Positions 26,920 to 34,388 of a stretch of DNA of 46,654 nucleotides are shown one piece after another. Origin of the DNA: a virus; IMG/VR virus record IMGVR_UViG_3300013936_000004. One strand, given 5' to 3'. How positions within the stretch are numbered: position 1 is the stretch's first letter; the number at the start of each line of letters is the position of its first letter. The translations under genes were made by a program, and so were the position numbers. The notes below the pieces were generated by a model. It worked only from the letters and a program-made list of their open reading frames with translations, ran no database searches and had not been told where the DNA came from.

Positions 26920-27190
26920 TCTTCTTTTTCTCCCTCGCTCTCCTTTGGTATTCCCTCACCTTGTCGGGGTTGTTCTTAACCCATTCGCGCTGATACTCTC
27001 GCAACTCGTCTGCTTTCGCTCTGTGTTGCTCTAATACCCTATCTTTATTCTTCTCGTACCACTTCTTTTGATACTCTTTCACCTTTTCGGGGTTCTTCTT
27101 CGCCCATTTAATAGCACGAGCACTCACTTCTTTTTTGTGCCTCTCCCGATAAATTCGGGCATACTCTTTTGCTTTCTCTTTCGTTACCAT
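26909..27190 (-). CDS. Basic helical-repeat protein (93 aa), paralogue of 27184..27498
   Basis: Contains repeated W(A/V)KKNP(E/D)KV(K/R)EYQ(K/R)(K/R)W-type motifs. Confidence 0.6.
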   Translation of the reverse strand: MVTKEKAKEYARIYRERHKKEVSARAIKWAKKNPEKVKEYQKKWYEKNKDRVLEQHRAKADELREYQREWVKNNPDKVREYQRRAREKKKNGA

Positions 27191-27498
27191 TTTTTTTGTT
27201 CTTCTTGTATTCTAATACCCTTTGCTCGGTTCTTCTCATACCACCTCTTTTGATACGCTCTCACCTTGTCGGGGTTCTTCTTTGCCCATTCGCGTTGATA
27301 TGCATTCCGCTCATCGCGATGCATCTCCTGATGCTTTTTTAGGTACGCTCTTCGTTGCTCTTTCTGCTCCTCTGTCATCCTCTCCCTGCGGCGTCGCTCG
27401 ACATCCCTCCAATACTCTCTGTATCCATCGGGGTCGTTTGTCTTCCACTCTTCGCGGTATTGACGCATGTATTCCTTTATGTATTCTTTTCTATTCAT
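27184..27498 (-). CDS. Basic helical-repeat protein (104 aa), paralogue of 26909..27190
   Basis: Shares WAKKNPDKVRAYQKRWYEKN with its neighbour. Very rich in Arg/Lys/Glu. Confidence 0.6.
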   Translation of the reverse strand: MNRKEYIKEYMRQYREEWKTNDPDGYREYWRDVERRRRERMTEEQKEQRRAYLKKHQEMHRDERNAYQREWAKKNPDKVRAYQKRWYEKNRAKGIRIQEEQKKW

Positions 27499-28345
27499 TT
27501 TTTTTAATCCTAAAATAATCTCTCATAAACTCTTCGGGCGTCTGCTCTAATGGAAACATCCCGGTTGTCTTCTTAATATAGTCCTCCGAATTTTTACAAA
27601 ACAACTCGGAATACATTAAATTCCAAGCATTGCGCTTGAACACATCTTCGGATATCTTTCCCCCCCCCCTATTGTTATAGTACCTTTGTATCCTCTTTAT
27701 AATTAGATTGAGTAATTGTGGGTACTGCTTCCATTGTTCTATCTGCTTTGTCTGACTTGCAAGCGGACATCCGATGCATCCCAATCGTCTTTCGGGATGG
27801 AACTTCCCCTGCTCGTCATAATAGACGGGTGCACACTTTATTCCTCGCTCCTCGATAAACTCCGCCACATCCTCCAAAGTCCAATCCAATATAGGGTAAT
27901 ATGCCCTTACTTTGGGCTTTCCTTTCATCTTCTTGTATATCCTGCACTCTTCGGGTTCGTGATATCGCTTTGCTCTTGCTGTACTTTCATCTGCTCTCAC
28001 TCCCATTATTGCACGAGGTAAAATTGGATACTCTTTTAACACTCCACAGCAAAACCGCCTAAACCTTGACGGCTTTCCGCGCTTCTCTATTAACTGCAAA
28101 AAAGTCTGTTCGGGGCGTCTAATCTCCACTCCCATATCCTTGCAGTGCTTTATAGTACCTATGGGGTCTATCGTGGTCATCTTGTAGATAGCGCGGTAGT
28201 TGATGCCTGCCATCTTTGCTAACTCCAAGCACACATCACTATCCTTGCCGCCCGAATAGGCTACCTCGATTGGTCCATCCTCCGTCGGAATGGCTTGCAG
28301 TAGCCGTATGGCTCTATCTACTTTCTTTTTCAACCTCTCTGTCAT
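27491..28345 (-). CDS. PAPS-reductase-family PP-loop protein (284 aa from ATG at 28345)
   Basis: PP-loop motif VAYSGGKDSDV and a C-terminal CIGC pair. The ATG at 28345 forms an ATGA overlap with the upstream ORF. The longer track start is non-ATG. Confidence 0.75.
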   Translation of the reverse strand: MTERLKKKVDRAIRLLQAIPTEDGPIEVAYSGGKDSDVCLELAKMAGINYRAIYKMTTIDPIGTIKHCKDMGVEIRRPEQTFLQLIEKRGKPSRFRRFCCGVLKEYPILPRAIMGVRADESTARAKRYHEPEECRIYKKMKGKPKVRAYYPILDWTLEDVAEFIEERGIKCAPVYYDEQGKFHPERRLGCIGCPLASQTKQIEQWKQYPQLLNLIIKRIQRYYNNRGGGKISEDVFKRNAWNLMYSELFCKNSEDYIKKTTGMFPLEQTPEEFMRDYFRIKKNE

Positions 28346-28785
28346 AACAATACAACCAATATGATTACCAATGCCAAGTGTAATGCTACGGATAATTGAA
28401 TGCTCTCGTGGATTGCCCTCTTTTTGTTCTCCCCTACTAAATCGTCCGCCCAATGCTCGGTATAGAAGTGACGATAATTTTTACCCCTATGTAAGCAAGC
28501 GTGTAAAAGGCTCGGCAAACCCACTATAAGCAAGTAGAACCACCCAAGTATCAGCGACTGCTTATAATGCCCTATTTCGTGCCTTTCTGTGACGCAAGAT
28601 AGGTCTTTAAAGACATTGAACTCGCAGAAGATAAATTCCCCTAACGATACACTACCGCGCATCAGTTCTGAATAGTATATCTTCTTCCCATCCACATACT
28701 TCGTCGTGTCGGGTCTTAATATCACCCACAACAACGCCCCTAATAGCGTCTGTGGAAGTGTCCAAAGAATTTTTATTATTTTCAT
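28342..28785 (-). CDS. Small membrane protein with an HExxH motif (147 aa), putative zincin-like peptidase
   Basis: HEIGH motif flanked by hydrophobic segments. ATGA overlaps at both ends. Confidence 0.55.
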   Translation of the reverse strand: MKIIKILWTLPQTLLGALLWVILRPDTTKYVDGKKIYYSELMRGSVSLGEFIFCEFNVFKDLSCVTERHEIGHYKQSLILGWFYLLIVGLPSLLHACLHRGKNYRHFYTEHWADDLVGENKKRAIHESIQLSVALHLALVIILVVLL

Positions 28786-28979
28786 ATCTCTTTTTCATAT
28801 GTCAGTCCTATCGTTGGGATGCTATCCTTTCGCATCCGCAGATACATCCTGCCCGTCAAAACAAATGCTATCCTCTCTAACAGATTTCCTCGATAGCAAA
28901 GGGTAAATCCGTCTTTTTCTTTCCTTATGGGGACATTCCCACTCGTCCCCGTGCAATCGCTAAAATATACTATTTTCAT
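28782..28979 (-). CDS. Hypothetical protein (65 aa from ATG at 28979)
   Basis: The ATG at 28979 forms an ATGA overlap with the ThyX-like stop. The track start at 28997 is a TTG. Confidence 0.45.
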   Translation of the reverse strand: MKIVYFSDCTGTSGNVPIRKEKDGFTLCYRGNLLERIAFVLTGRMYLRMRKDSIPTIGLTYEKEI

Positions 28980-29611
28980 CTTCCAATTAATTTCCAATAA
29001 TTATTTAATTCAATCCTAAATACCTCGCTCTTGTAGTATCCGCAACTCTCCCTTTCGGGACATCTCCCTCGATAGATGCAGTTCGGCACCATCATTGCTC
29101 CCATATCGGGGTCTTGCTCGGTTATTGCTTTCTTGACCAGCGTCCAAGCCTGCCGCGTTTCGGGACTTGCGCAACTACAAAGTCGCTTCCTGCTTATGTT
29201 TATAAGCGTTTGAGCGTTGACATAAAAGTCCTGCTCGTTGCGCTCTCCCTGCAACATAAAGTCCCTTGCCCTCCAATCCAAATACTGCTCTGCATCCGCT
29301 TTCAGTATCTGCATCACCTTTTCCGTCTGCTTCGCCACTGCCTTGTTCCTATCCTCTCTCTGCGAATGGATGAACGGAAGTGTATGCTCGTGCCTTAACA
29401 AGTGCACACCTACCCACTGACGCAAATTTTTGAAACTTATCCGATACTCAACTAACTTTATTTGTGAGTGCTCGGCAAAAAGGGACATCCGCTTCCATTC
29501 GGCGGATGGCTCTTTCTTTATTGGCTCTTTCCCTGCCGTTCTTCTCGCGGCATTCAAAGCCCTATTCCACGAGGTCTCCTGTACAACCTCTACTGACAAC
29601 TGCTTTTCCAT
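28976..29611 (-). CDS. thyX: ThyX-family (flavin-dependent thymidylate synthase-like) protein with an altered signature motif (211 aa from ATG at 29611)
   Basis: Shows the ThyX layout: AEHSQIKLVEYRISF, then LLRHEHTLPFIHSQRE (RH[R->E]-x7-S spacing kept), then NAQTLINISRKRLCSCASPETRQ. Confidence 0.6.
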   Translation of the reverse strand: MEKQLSVEVVQETSWNRALNAARRTAGKEPIKKEPSAEWKRMSLFAEHSQIKLVEYRISFKNLRQWVGVHLLRHEHTLPFIHSQREDRNKAVAKQTEKVMQILKADAEQYLDWRARDFMLQGERNEQDFYVNAQTLINISRKRLCSCASPETRQAWTLVKKAITEQDPDMGAMMVPNCIYRGRCPERESCGYYKSEVFRIELNNYWKLIGR

Positions 29612-29754
29612 TGCCCTTGACAAATCTTTTTATAGGCTTCGGGTGCTGTTATCCAATCCCCCTTAAATTCCCTAAACTTCGCACATAAGTGCAAGTATCG
29701 GTTACCACCGCGCAGTCGCTTCCACTGCAAGTATTTGCACCCGTAACACCTCAT
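29587..29754 (-). CDS. Small Cys-rich protein (55 aa), not in the ORF track
   Basis: ATG at 29754 forms an ATGA overlap with the stop of the upstream 146-aa gene. Sequence: MRCYGCKYLQWKRLRGGNRYLHLCAKFREFKGDWITAPEAYKKICQGQWKSSCQ. Confidence 0.45.
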
Positions 29755-30191
29755 TTCCTATGTGGTATTGTTACATCCATATCACCACGCCTAAAACGCG
29801 GAGCAATTATCCTTATATCTCCACCATTCTCTAACCAATCTATAATTTTCTGACCAACTCCAAAACCTATCCCCATAGATGTTCCCGTCGATAGACAATC
29901 AAAAGCGACTTTCATCTTTTCTTGTAGGGTATTATCCTTGTAAAACCCAACCAATACGCTCACACTTTCATCGCTATCATAGTCGAATATGCCGTTCTTA
30001 ACACCAATGCAGAAAACATCATTTCCACTCCTGTAAAAAGCACTATATTCGGCATCTTGGTATAGATATATAAAATACTCCTCCGTGCCCTTTAACTCAT
30101 CGGGTTCATGATAACTTGAAACCCAACCATTCTGCGCTACTGCTGTCATCCCGACCAACAAAGCGACCATTATTGCCATTATCTTTTTCAT
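29751..30191 (-). CDS. Secreted or lipoprotein-like protein (146 aa)
   Basis: N-terminal signal-peptide-like MKKIMAIMVALLVGMTAVAQ. Confidence 0.6.
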   Translation of the reverse strand: MKKIMAIMVALLVGMTAVAQNGWVSSYHEPDELKGTEEYFIYLYQDAEYSAFYRSGNDVFCIGVKNGIFDYDSDESVSVLVGFYKDNTLQEKMKVAFDCLSTGTSMGIGFGVGQKIIDWLENGGDIRIIAPRFRRGDMDVTIPHRK

Positions 30192-30210
30192 ATCTTTTTT
30201 GTTTTTTTAA

Positions 30211-30328
30211 TCCGCTATGGTAGGACTTGAACCTACATCCCTCGCAAATGCGTGCCTGCTTAAAATTTAACTTCACTTAAAATTCCCACGCACTCCAAGT
30301 GTTCATACCAATTATACCACATAGCGGA
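30211..30328 (-). ncRNA. tRNA-like element (~118 nt): canonical acceptor stem and T-arm, aberrant D/anticodon core
   Basis: On the minus strand, the 9-bp terminal stem TCCGCTATG/CATAGCGGA closes the element. The T-arm is GTAGG-TTCAAGT-CCTAC. U8 and D-loop-like A14, R15, G18, G19 and A21 are in register. The middle ~55 nt instead forms a long hairpin (GTGCGTG...CACGCAT). Confidence 0.45.
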
Positions 30329-30332
30329 TATG

Positions 30333-30620
30333 TTATTTAATCATTCCACTATCGCATACAACTACATTCCCCATTATTACATCCCATATCGGGATTACAT
30401 TGTAATTCTGAGCAATCATCGTGGCGGTAGTATTGATTTCCGCGCCATTCAGTTTGCCCTCATCATCGATTACCATCAAACGATTGTTGTCGTTCAATGA
30501 TAAAATATCTATTACACGGCATCCGATATGCTCGTATAACTCTTCCAAAGAAAAATCAGTGCCGTTCTTTGGATTGATTTCTACCACTGCACCCGTGGTC
30601 TTGTACAAAAATGCTTTCAT
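30333..30620 (-). CDS. Hypothetical protein (95 aa)
   Basis: ATG ORF about 210 nt downstream of a consensus promoter. Confidence 0.55.
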   Translation of the reverse strand: MKAFLYKTTGAVVEINPKNGTDFSLEELYEHIGCRVIDILSLNDNNRLMVIDDEGKLNGAEINTTATMIAQNYNVIPIWDVIMGNVVVCDSGMIK

Positions 30621-30833
30621 ATTGTTTTATGTTTTATTAAAAAGGCGTTGTGAGTATTCCAAGACTTATTCCCCACAAAGAGTTGTCCAAAATCACCTCT
30701 TGCACTCTCTTCCGACCGCCCTATAAGTTGCTACCTTTTCGCGGTAATACGCGACTTTAAGGATTAATCGTAACCTATATTTATCTCAATATTTCAATCC
30801 GTCATTTTTCAGACTTCCGCGTTGTTTGTATTG

Positions 30834-30865
30834 CAAAGGTATAACAAAGATTTGAATTATGCAAA
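30834..30865 (-). promoter_or_regulatory. Bacteroidetes-type promoter, member of the conserved promoter family
   Basis: The minus strand reads tttgcataattcaaatctttgttatacctttg: TTTG, a 20-nt spacer, then TACCTTTG. Confidence 0.6.
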
Positions 30866-30870
30866 TATTT

Positions 30871-31284
30871 TTAGAAAAAATTATACTCTTTTTTTAACTT
30901 TTTTATCGTGACATCATTCTTCTCCTTGATTTTCATACCCTTACGAGTTGGTGCGTGCTCCCATAAATTATGACAACTTATACACAACATATTCGTATTT
31001 CGTGGGTCGTGTGCCATTTCGGGGTGCGCCCCCCTCGTTAAAATATGGCTAACATTAAATGCAGACGGCCAATATAACGGCTTTCCACACTCCTCGCAGA
31101 TATGCGGCTTGTGCTCTATTACCCATTTGTAAAACTTCGCATTGCCCTCCGCGTTATTCTTGCCAAAAAGCCGTTTCTGCACGCTTATCCGCAACTCGTG
31201 GCTCATTGGTAGTCTTTCGTCTATAAGTGGCTCATAGCCCCTCTTTTGGGCGTATAAATACTCCTCGTCAGTCGTTAATAGCAT
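30871..31284 (-). CDS. HNH endonuclease (137 aa)
   Basis: CEECGKPL...SHILTRGAHPEMAHDPRNTNMLCISCHNLWEH shows the CxxC...H...N...CxxCH...H pattern. Confidence 0.7.
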   Translation of the reverse strand: MLLTTDEEYLYAQKRGYEPLIDERLPMSHELRISVQKRLFGKNNAEGNAKFYKWVIEHKPHICEECGKPLYWPSAFNVSHILTRGAHPEMAHDPRNTNMLCISCHNLWEHAPTRKGMKIKEKNDVTIKKLKKEYNFF

Positions 31285-31693
31285 CGTTGATTATCGTATA
31301 ATAATTTTCAGCCCCATATCTCTGTACCCAAGCAATCGCTTCAACCGCTTCCGCAGTGTCTAATTCTTCCCACTCCCTCAACCTTACTTTCCACTTCCCC
31401 TCCTCTCTTATCTCCTCGCAGAAGACAGGGCACTCCCTCCGTATCTTGTCGTATACTCCCTGCTCCGTCAAGTCCTCTCCGTTCTCGTACATTGCCCTCT
31501 GCATCTCCTGCAAGACATACCCGAAAAAATAGGCTTTCATCTTCTTGCTCGGCTCCTTGCTCTGTATCTCCGCTCGCAGAATTATATTGCAGTTGGGATG
31601 CAGTTTGCAGAACTCCTCTAACTCTGCCCACCGCATCCCTAACTCTCCCTTACTGTCTATCTTGCCCCATAGGGTCTTCTTTCGCACTCTCAT
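31268..31693 (-). CDS. Hypothetical protein (141 aa; alternative ATG at 31636)
   Basis: ATG ORF. The longer form overlaps the upstream ORF by 44 nt. Confidence 0.5.
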   Translation of the reverse strand: MRVRKKTLWGKIDSKGELGMRWAELEEFCKLHPNCNIILRAEIQSKEPSKKMKAYFFGYVLQEMQRAMYENGEDLTEQGVYDKIRRECPVFCEEIREEGKWKVRLREWEELDTAEAVEAIAWVQRYGAENYYTIINDAIND

Positions 31694-31853
31694 TCAATAT
31701 CTCCTTTATCTTCTCTCGCATTCGCAGTGCTTGCGCGAATGTTTCAAAGTAATTCCCACTTTTCTTCAACTCTCTCTCCCAAGATAGATTATCACTGCTA
31801 CTCTCTATCTCTCCGAATACATTTAGCCAATATATCTTTTTATCTTCTGCCAT
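31650..31853 (-). CDS. Hypothetical protein (67 aa)
   Basis: ATG ORF in the early operon. Confidence 0.45.
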   Translation of the reverse strand: MAEDKKIYWLNVFGEIESSSDNLSWERELKKSGNYFETFAQALRMREKIKEILNESAKEDPMGQDRQ

Positions 31854-32098
31854 AGTGTTTCCTCCTTTTTCTTTTCGGGGATGTAATAGGTCGCAAATCT
31901 GACTATCTTACCCGTCTTTTTTGATTTCATCGTCTTGAATTCCGTTACTACCTCGATACCCTCCTCCCTCAACGCCTTTCGTACTCTCGATATTACCGCA
32001 GTGTGGTTGCCTATGCCGTAATCGAATAACATATTTAATTGCGTTAGCGTCTTGCCCTCTAATAGGGCTTGTTTGGTTATTTCGTTTTGATTTTCCAT
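31823..32098 (-). CDS. Small putative DNA-binding protein (91 aa from ATG at 32098)
   Basis: HTH-like segment LTQLNMLFDYGIGNHTAVISRVRKALRE. The ATG at 32098 avoids overlapping the upstream gene. Confidence 0.45.
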   Translation of the reverse strand: MENQNEITKQALLEGKTLTQLNMLFDYGIGNHTAVISRVRKALREEGIEVVTEFKTMKSKKTGKIVRFATYYIPEKKKEETLWQKIKRYIG

Positions 32099-32102
32099 TG
32101 TG

Positions 32103-32513
32103 TTATATTTTAATGTTATCTGCTTTTTCCGCAATTCCATTGCACCTCATAAGATGTTGCAATTCGTGGAGGTAATGTATAGGTAACTCTTCTCCATACA
32201 TATCGTAATTAACATAAATCCCATCATCATATACCATAAGACTAAAATAATTATAATAACCCTCTATTGCATATTCCCACTCACAATCAATGTTAGATGG
32301 GTGCTTATAGCCAGCCTTGGCTAACACATCCTTTGTTAGTGGTATGCCATAACATGGGTAATCTTTGTCGTCAAACTCCCACGGGTCGCCCTCGTTGCCC
32401 TCAAAGTTAGCGTAACAATAATTCTCTCCCACCATTTCTATCTGCATCGGAAATCCGTGCTCGTCCATTATCCAATCCCCTACCATAAGGGATGCACATT
32501 TAATCTCGTTCAT
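32103..32513 (-). CDS. Hypothetical protein (136 aa), LMVGDW-family paralogue
   Basis: Shares N-terminal LMVGDW and C-terminal HELQ motifs with 32510..32905. Confidence 0.55.
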   Translation of the reverse strand: MNEIKCASLMVGDWIMDEHGFPMQIEMVGENYCYANFEGNEGDPWEFDDKDYPCYGIPLTKDVLAKAGYKHPSNIDCEWEYAIEGYYNYFSLMVYDDGIYVNYDMYGEELPIHYLHELQHLMRCNGIAEKADNIKI

Positions 32514-32905
32514 ATCCTAAACCAATTTGCTAAATCGTTATACCCCATTACTCTTAATATATTCTGCAATTCGTGTACGGATGCAAAAGTTGCTACCTCA
32601 TTACTGCCATGCCACATATTATCGATAGATGAGAAAATAACATAAATGTCCGCATTGAGTTCTTTTTTAATAAAAATTGGTTCACTACATGTCCAATAAT
32701 CAATACACTTAATTAAATTCTTATCTAATATATCAGGAGTAACAACTATTTTACCGACTTTCTCGATAGGGACATCCTCGATAGCATTTATTGTTTCTAT
32801 CGCTATGTAATTTTTATTTATTCCCTCGACCTTTCCGTATAGATAATTAGATGTCATTGTTTCAAATTCCACCCAATCTCCTACCATCAACTCAGTTATT
32901 TTCAT
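32510..32905 (-). CDS. Hypothetical protein (131 aa), LMVGDW-family paralogue
   Basis: Contains MKITELMVGDWVEF... and ...VHELQNILRVMGY. ATGA overlap with the downstream paralogue. Confidence 0.55.
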   Translation of the reverse strand: MKITELMVGDWVEFETMTSNYLYGKVEGINKNYIAIETINAIEDVPIEKVGKIVVTPDILDKNLIKCIDYWTCSEPIFIKKELNADIYVIFSSIDNMWHGSNEVATFASVHELQNILRVMGYNDLANWFRI

Positions 32906-32999
32906 CTGTTATTAAATCTATTATCTTCTGTATTTCCTGTTCAACATAGTACCAATCTTGCAGTGTGCCAACCATTAACCCACCTTGCCTTATTTTCAT
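32892..32999 (-). pseudogene. 35-codon ORF resembling only the N-terminus of the LMVGDW family; possibly a vestigial third paralogue
   Basis: Manual translation: MKIRQGGLMVGTLQDWYYVEQEIQKIIDLITDENN. It overlaps the next gene start by 14 nt in another frame. Confidence 0.3.
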
Positions 33000-33002
33000 T
33001 TC

Positions 33003-33272
33003 TTAACCCTCCGAATTCGGTGTGTTTAACCTCTCATATTTTAGTTCATCTATCTCTCCATCCCAAACCTTTCCATCTTTTGTTTCAATATTATCATCTT
33101 CGTTGTAATGCCAACAATTGGGGCAATACCACTTACCACCTCTTTCTGTCCAATCAGAGTTCTCTGCATTAAACTTGACACTATCTTCATCCGAAGTCCA
33201 ATACTCATCGTCAAGTAATTCCCCACAGCAATCACATCTCATATTGAAGAAGTATTCTCTTATTATTCCCAT
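33003..33272 (-). CDS. Zinc-ribbon-like protein (89 aa)
   Basis: Paired CxxC motifs (CDCCGELL ... CPNCWH). Confidence 0.55.
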   Translation of the reverse strand: MGIIREYFFNMRCDCCGELLDDEYWTSDEDSVKFNAENSDWTERGGKWYCPNCWHYNEDDNIETKDGKVWDGEIDELKYERLNTPNSEG

Positions 33273-33284
33273 ATCCCTATTTCT

Positions 33285-33455
33285 TTAATTCTTCGATATA
33301 ATACTATCTCTTATATCTTGTCTTATTAAATCCTCTAACTCATTTGCAAAATCAATCAATTTGTCCTCAACAAAATCTCTACTATCTACAAAATTTCTCA
33401 ATATCGCATCTGCATATTTTTCAATAATCATTTTTCTATTAACCCAATATCCCAT
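33285..33455 (-). CDS. Small hypothetical protein (56 aa), not in the ORF track
   Basis: ATG at 33455, 3 nt after the upstream stop. Sequence: MGYWVNRKMIIEKYADAILRNFVDSRDFVEDKLIDFANELEDLIRQDIRDSIISKN. Confidence 0.4.
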   Translation of the reverse strand: MGYWVNRKMIIEKYADAILRNFVDSRDFVEDKLIDFANELEDLIRQDIRDSIISKN

Positions 33456-33458
33456 ATC

Positions 33459-33689
33459 CTATTCCTCCATTGCTTTTCTAAAATTCAGAAGGAGTAAGTC
33501 TAGATCATAATACTCTCCTTCACCGTAATATCTACAATATTGATCCTCATACCCATGTCTTGAAAGCCAATCTATTGCAGTTTCCAACATCCATTCTGCA
33601 CCTGCATAAAATTCCTTCAATCTGCCTACTAATTTAGGCAAACTGGTACATCCTGCATAAGCCTTTGCTTGTTGTTCTATTTTATTCAT
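33459..33689 (-). CDS. Hypothetical protein (76 aa)
   Basis: ATG ORF. Confidence 0.5.
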   Translation of the reverse strand: MNKIEQQAKAYAGCTSLPKLVGRLKEFYAGAEWMLETAIDWLSRHGYEDQYCRYYGEGEYYDLDLLLLNFRKAMEE

Positions 33690-33731
33690 AATTTATTCCT
33701 CCGCATATTTTTCAACTCTATTCATAATATA

Positions 33732-34007
33732 CTATTTATTTTTTCTCTTGATTACATAAGTTGTATCTGTTTTGTTATCTATGGTTGTTGTCTTTATGCT
33801 TATAGTGTAATTCTCTGCTGGATATGTCTTCGGTGCATCAAATACTCCAAAATAGTTAAGAGCACTTCCAAAACACAAACCAGCACAGAGTGTTGATATC
33901 CAAGCTATAATCTTATTTTTCAAATCCTTATCATAATCTATACTAAATGTTAGAACCAAGCTAAGAAATCCAAAAACAAAAAATAGTATTCCTAAAAGTA
34001 TTTTCAT
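33732..34007 (-). CDS. Small membrane protein (91 aa)
   Basis: Two hydrophobic segments (ILLGILFFVFGFLSLVL; IIAWISTLCAGLCFGSAL). Confidence 0.5.
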   Translation of the reverse strand: MKILLGILFFVFGFLSLVLTFSIDYDKDLKNKIIAWISTLCAGLCFGSALNYFGVFDAPKTYPAENYTISIKTTTIDNKTDTTYVIKRKNK

Positions 34008-34010
34008 TTT

Positions 34011-34388
34011 CTATTCCTCCCATTCGATTTTAATCGTTCTAATATAAAGTTCGTTACTGGTTCGCCCTGCCCCAATTGCATCTTCTTCGGTTTTATAAAT
34101 CACACACCCTAAATTTAGTTCCCTGCAATTTAATTTATACATATTCACCCACCCCTCATGCTTTTCGGGTGCAAAGAAAAGGTCAAATATATTTTCCATA
34201 CCTTCGCTATATTCTCCGCTTAAAGTATAAGTCTGAAAATCTTCTGTACCATTATCATTCCTGATTAAGGCTATGATTGGATAATCGAACATCCTATCTG
34301 TGCATATTATCCTTGCGCTCCTGCCATCTCTCGTCACAACCTTGCGTGACGGATTGGCTAAATACTCTTTTAAGTTAAATTGTTTCAT
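34011..34388 (-). CDS. Hypothetical protein (125 aa)
   Basis: ATG ORF coupled to the upstream gene. Confidence 0.5.
   Translation of the reverse strand: MKQFNLKEYLANPSRKVVTRDGRSARIICTDRMFDYPIIALIRNDNGTEDFQTYTLSGEYSEGMENIFDLFFAPEKHEGWVNMYKLNCRELNLGCVIYKTEEDAIGAGRTSNELYIRTIKIEWEE

Noticed and set aside
30211-30328. tRNA-like element as a phage attP core for integration into a host tRNA gene
   Set aside because: No integrase is recognisable anywhere in the genome, and both halves of the acceptor stem are present rather than only a tRNA 3' segment. It is kept as a tRNA-like RNA finding instead.
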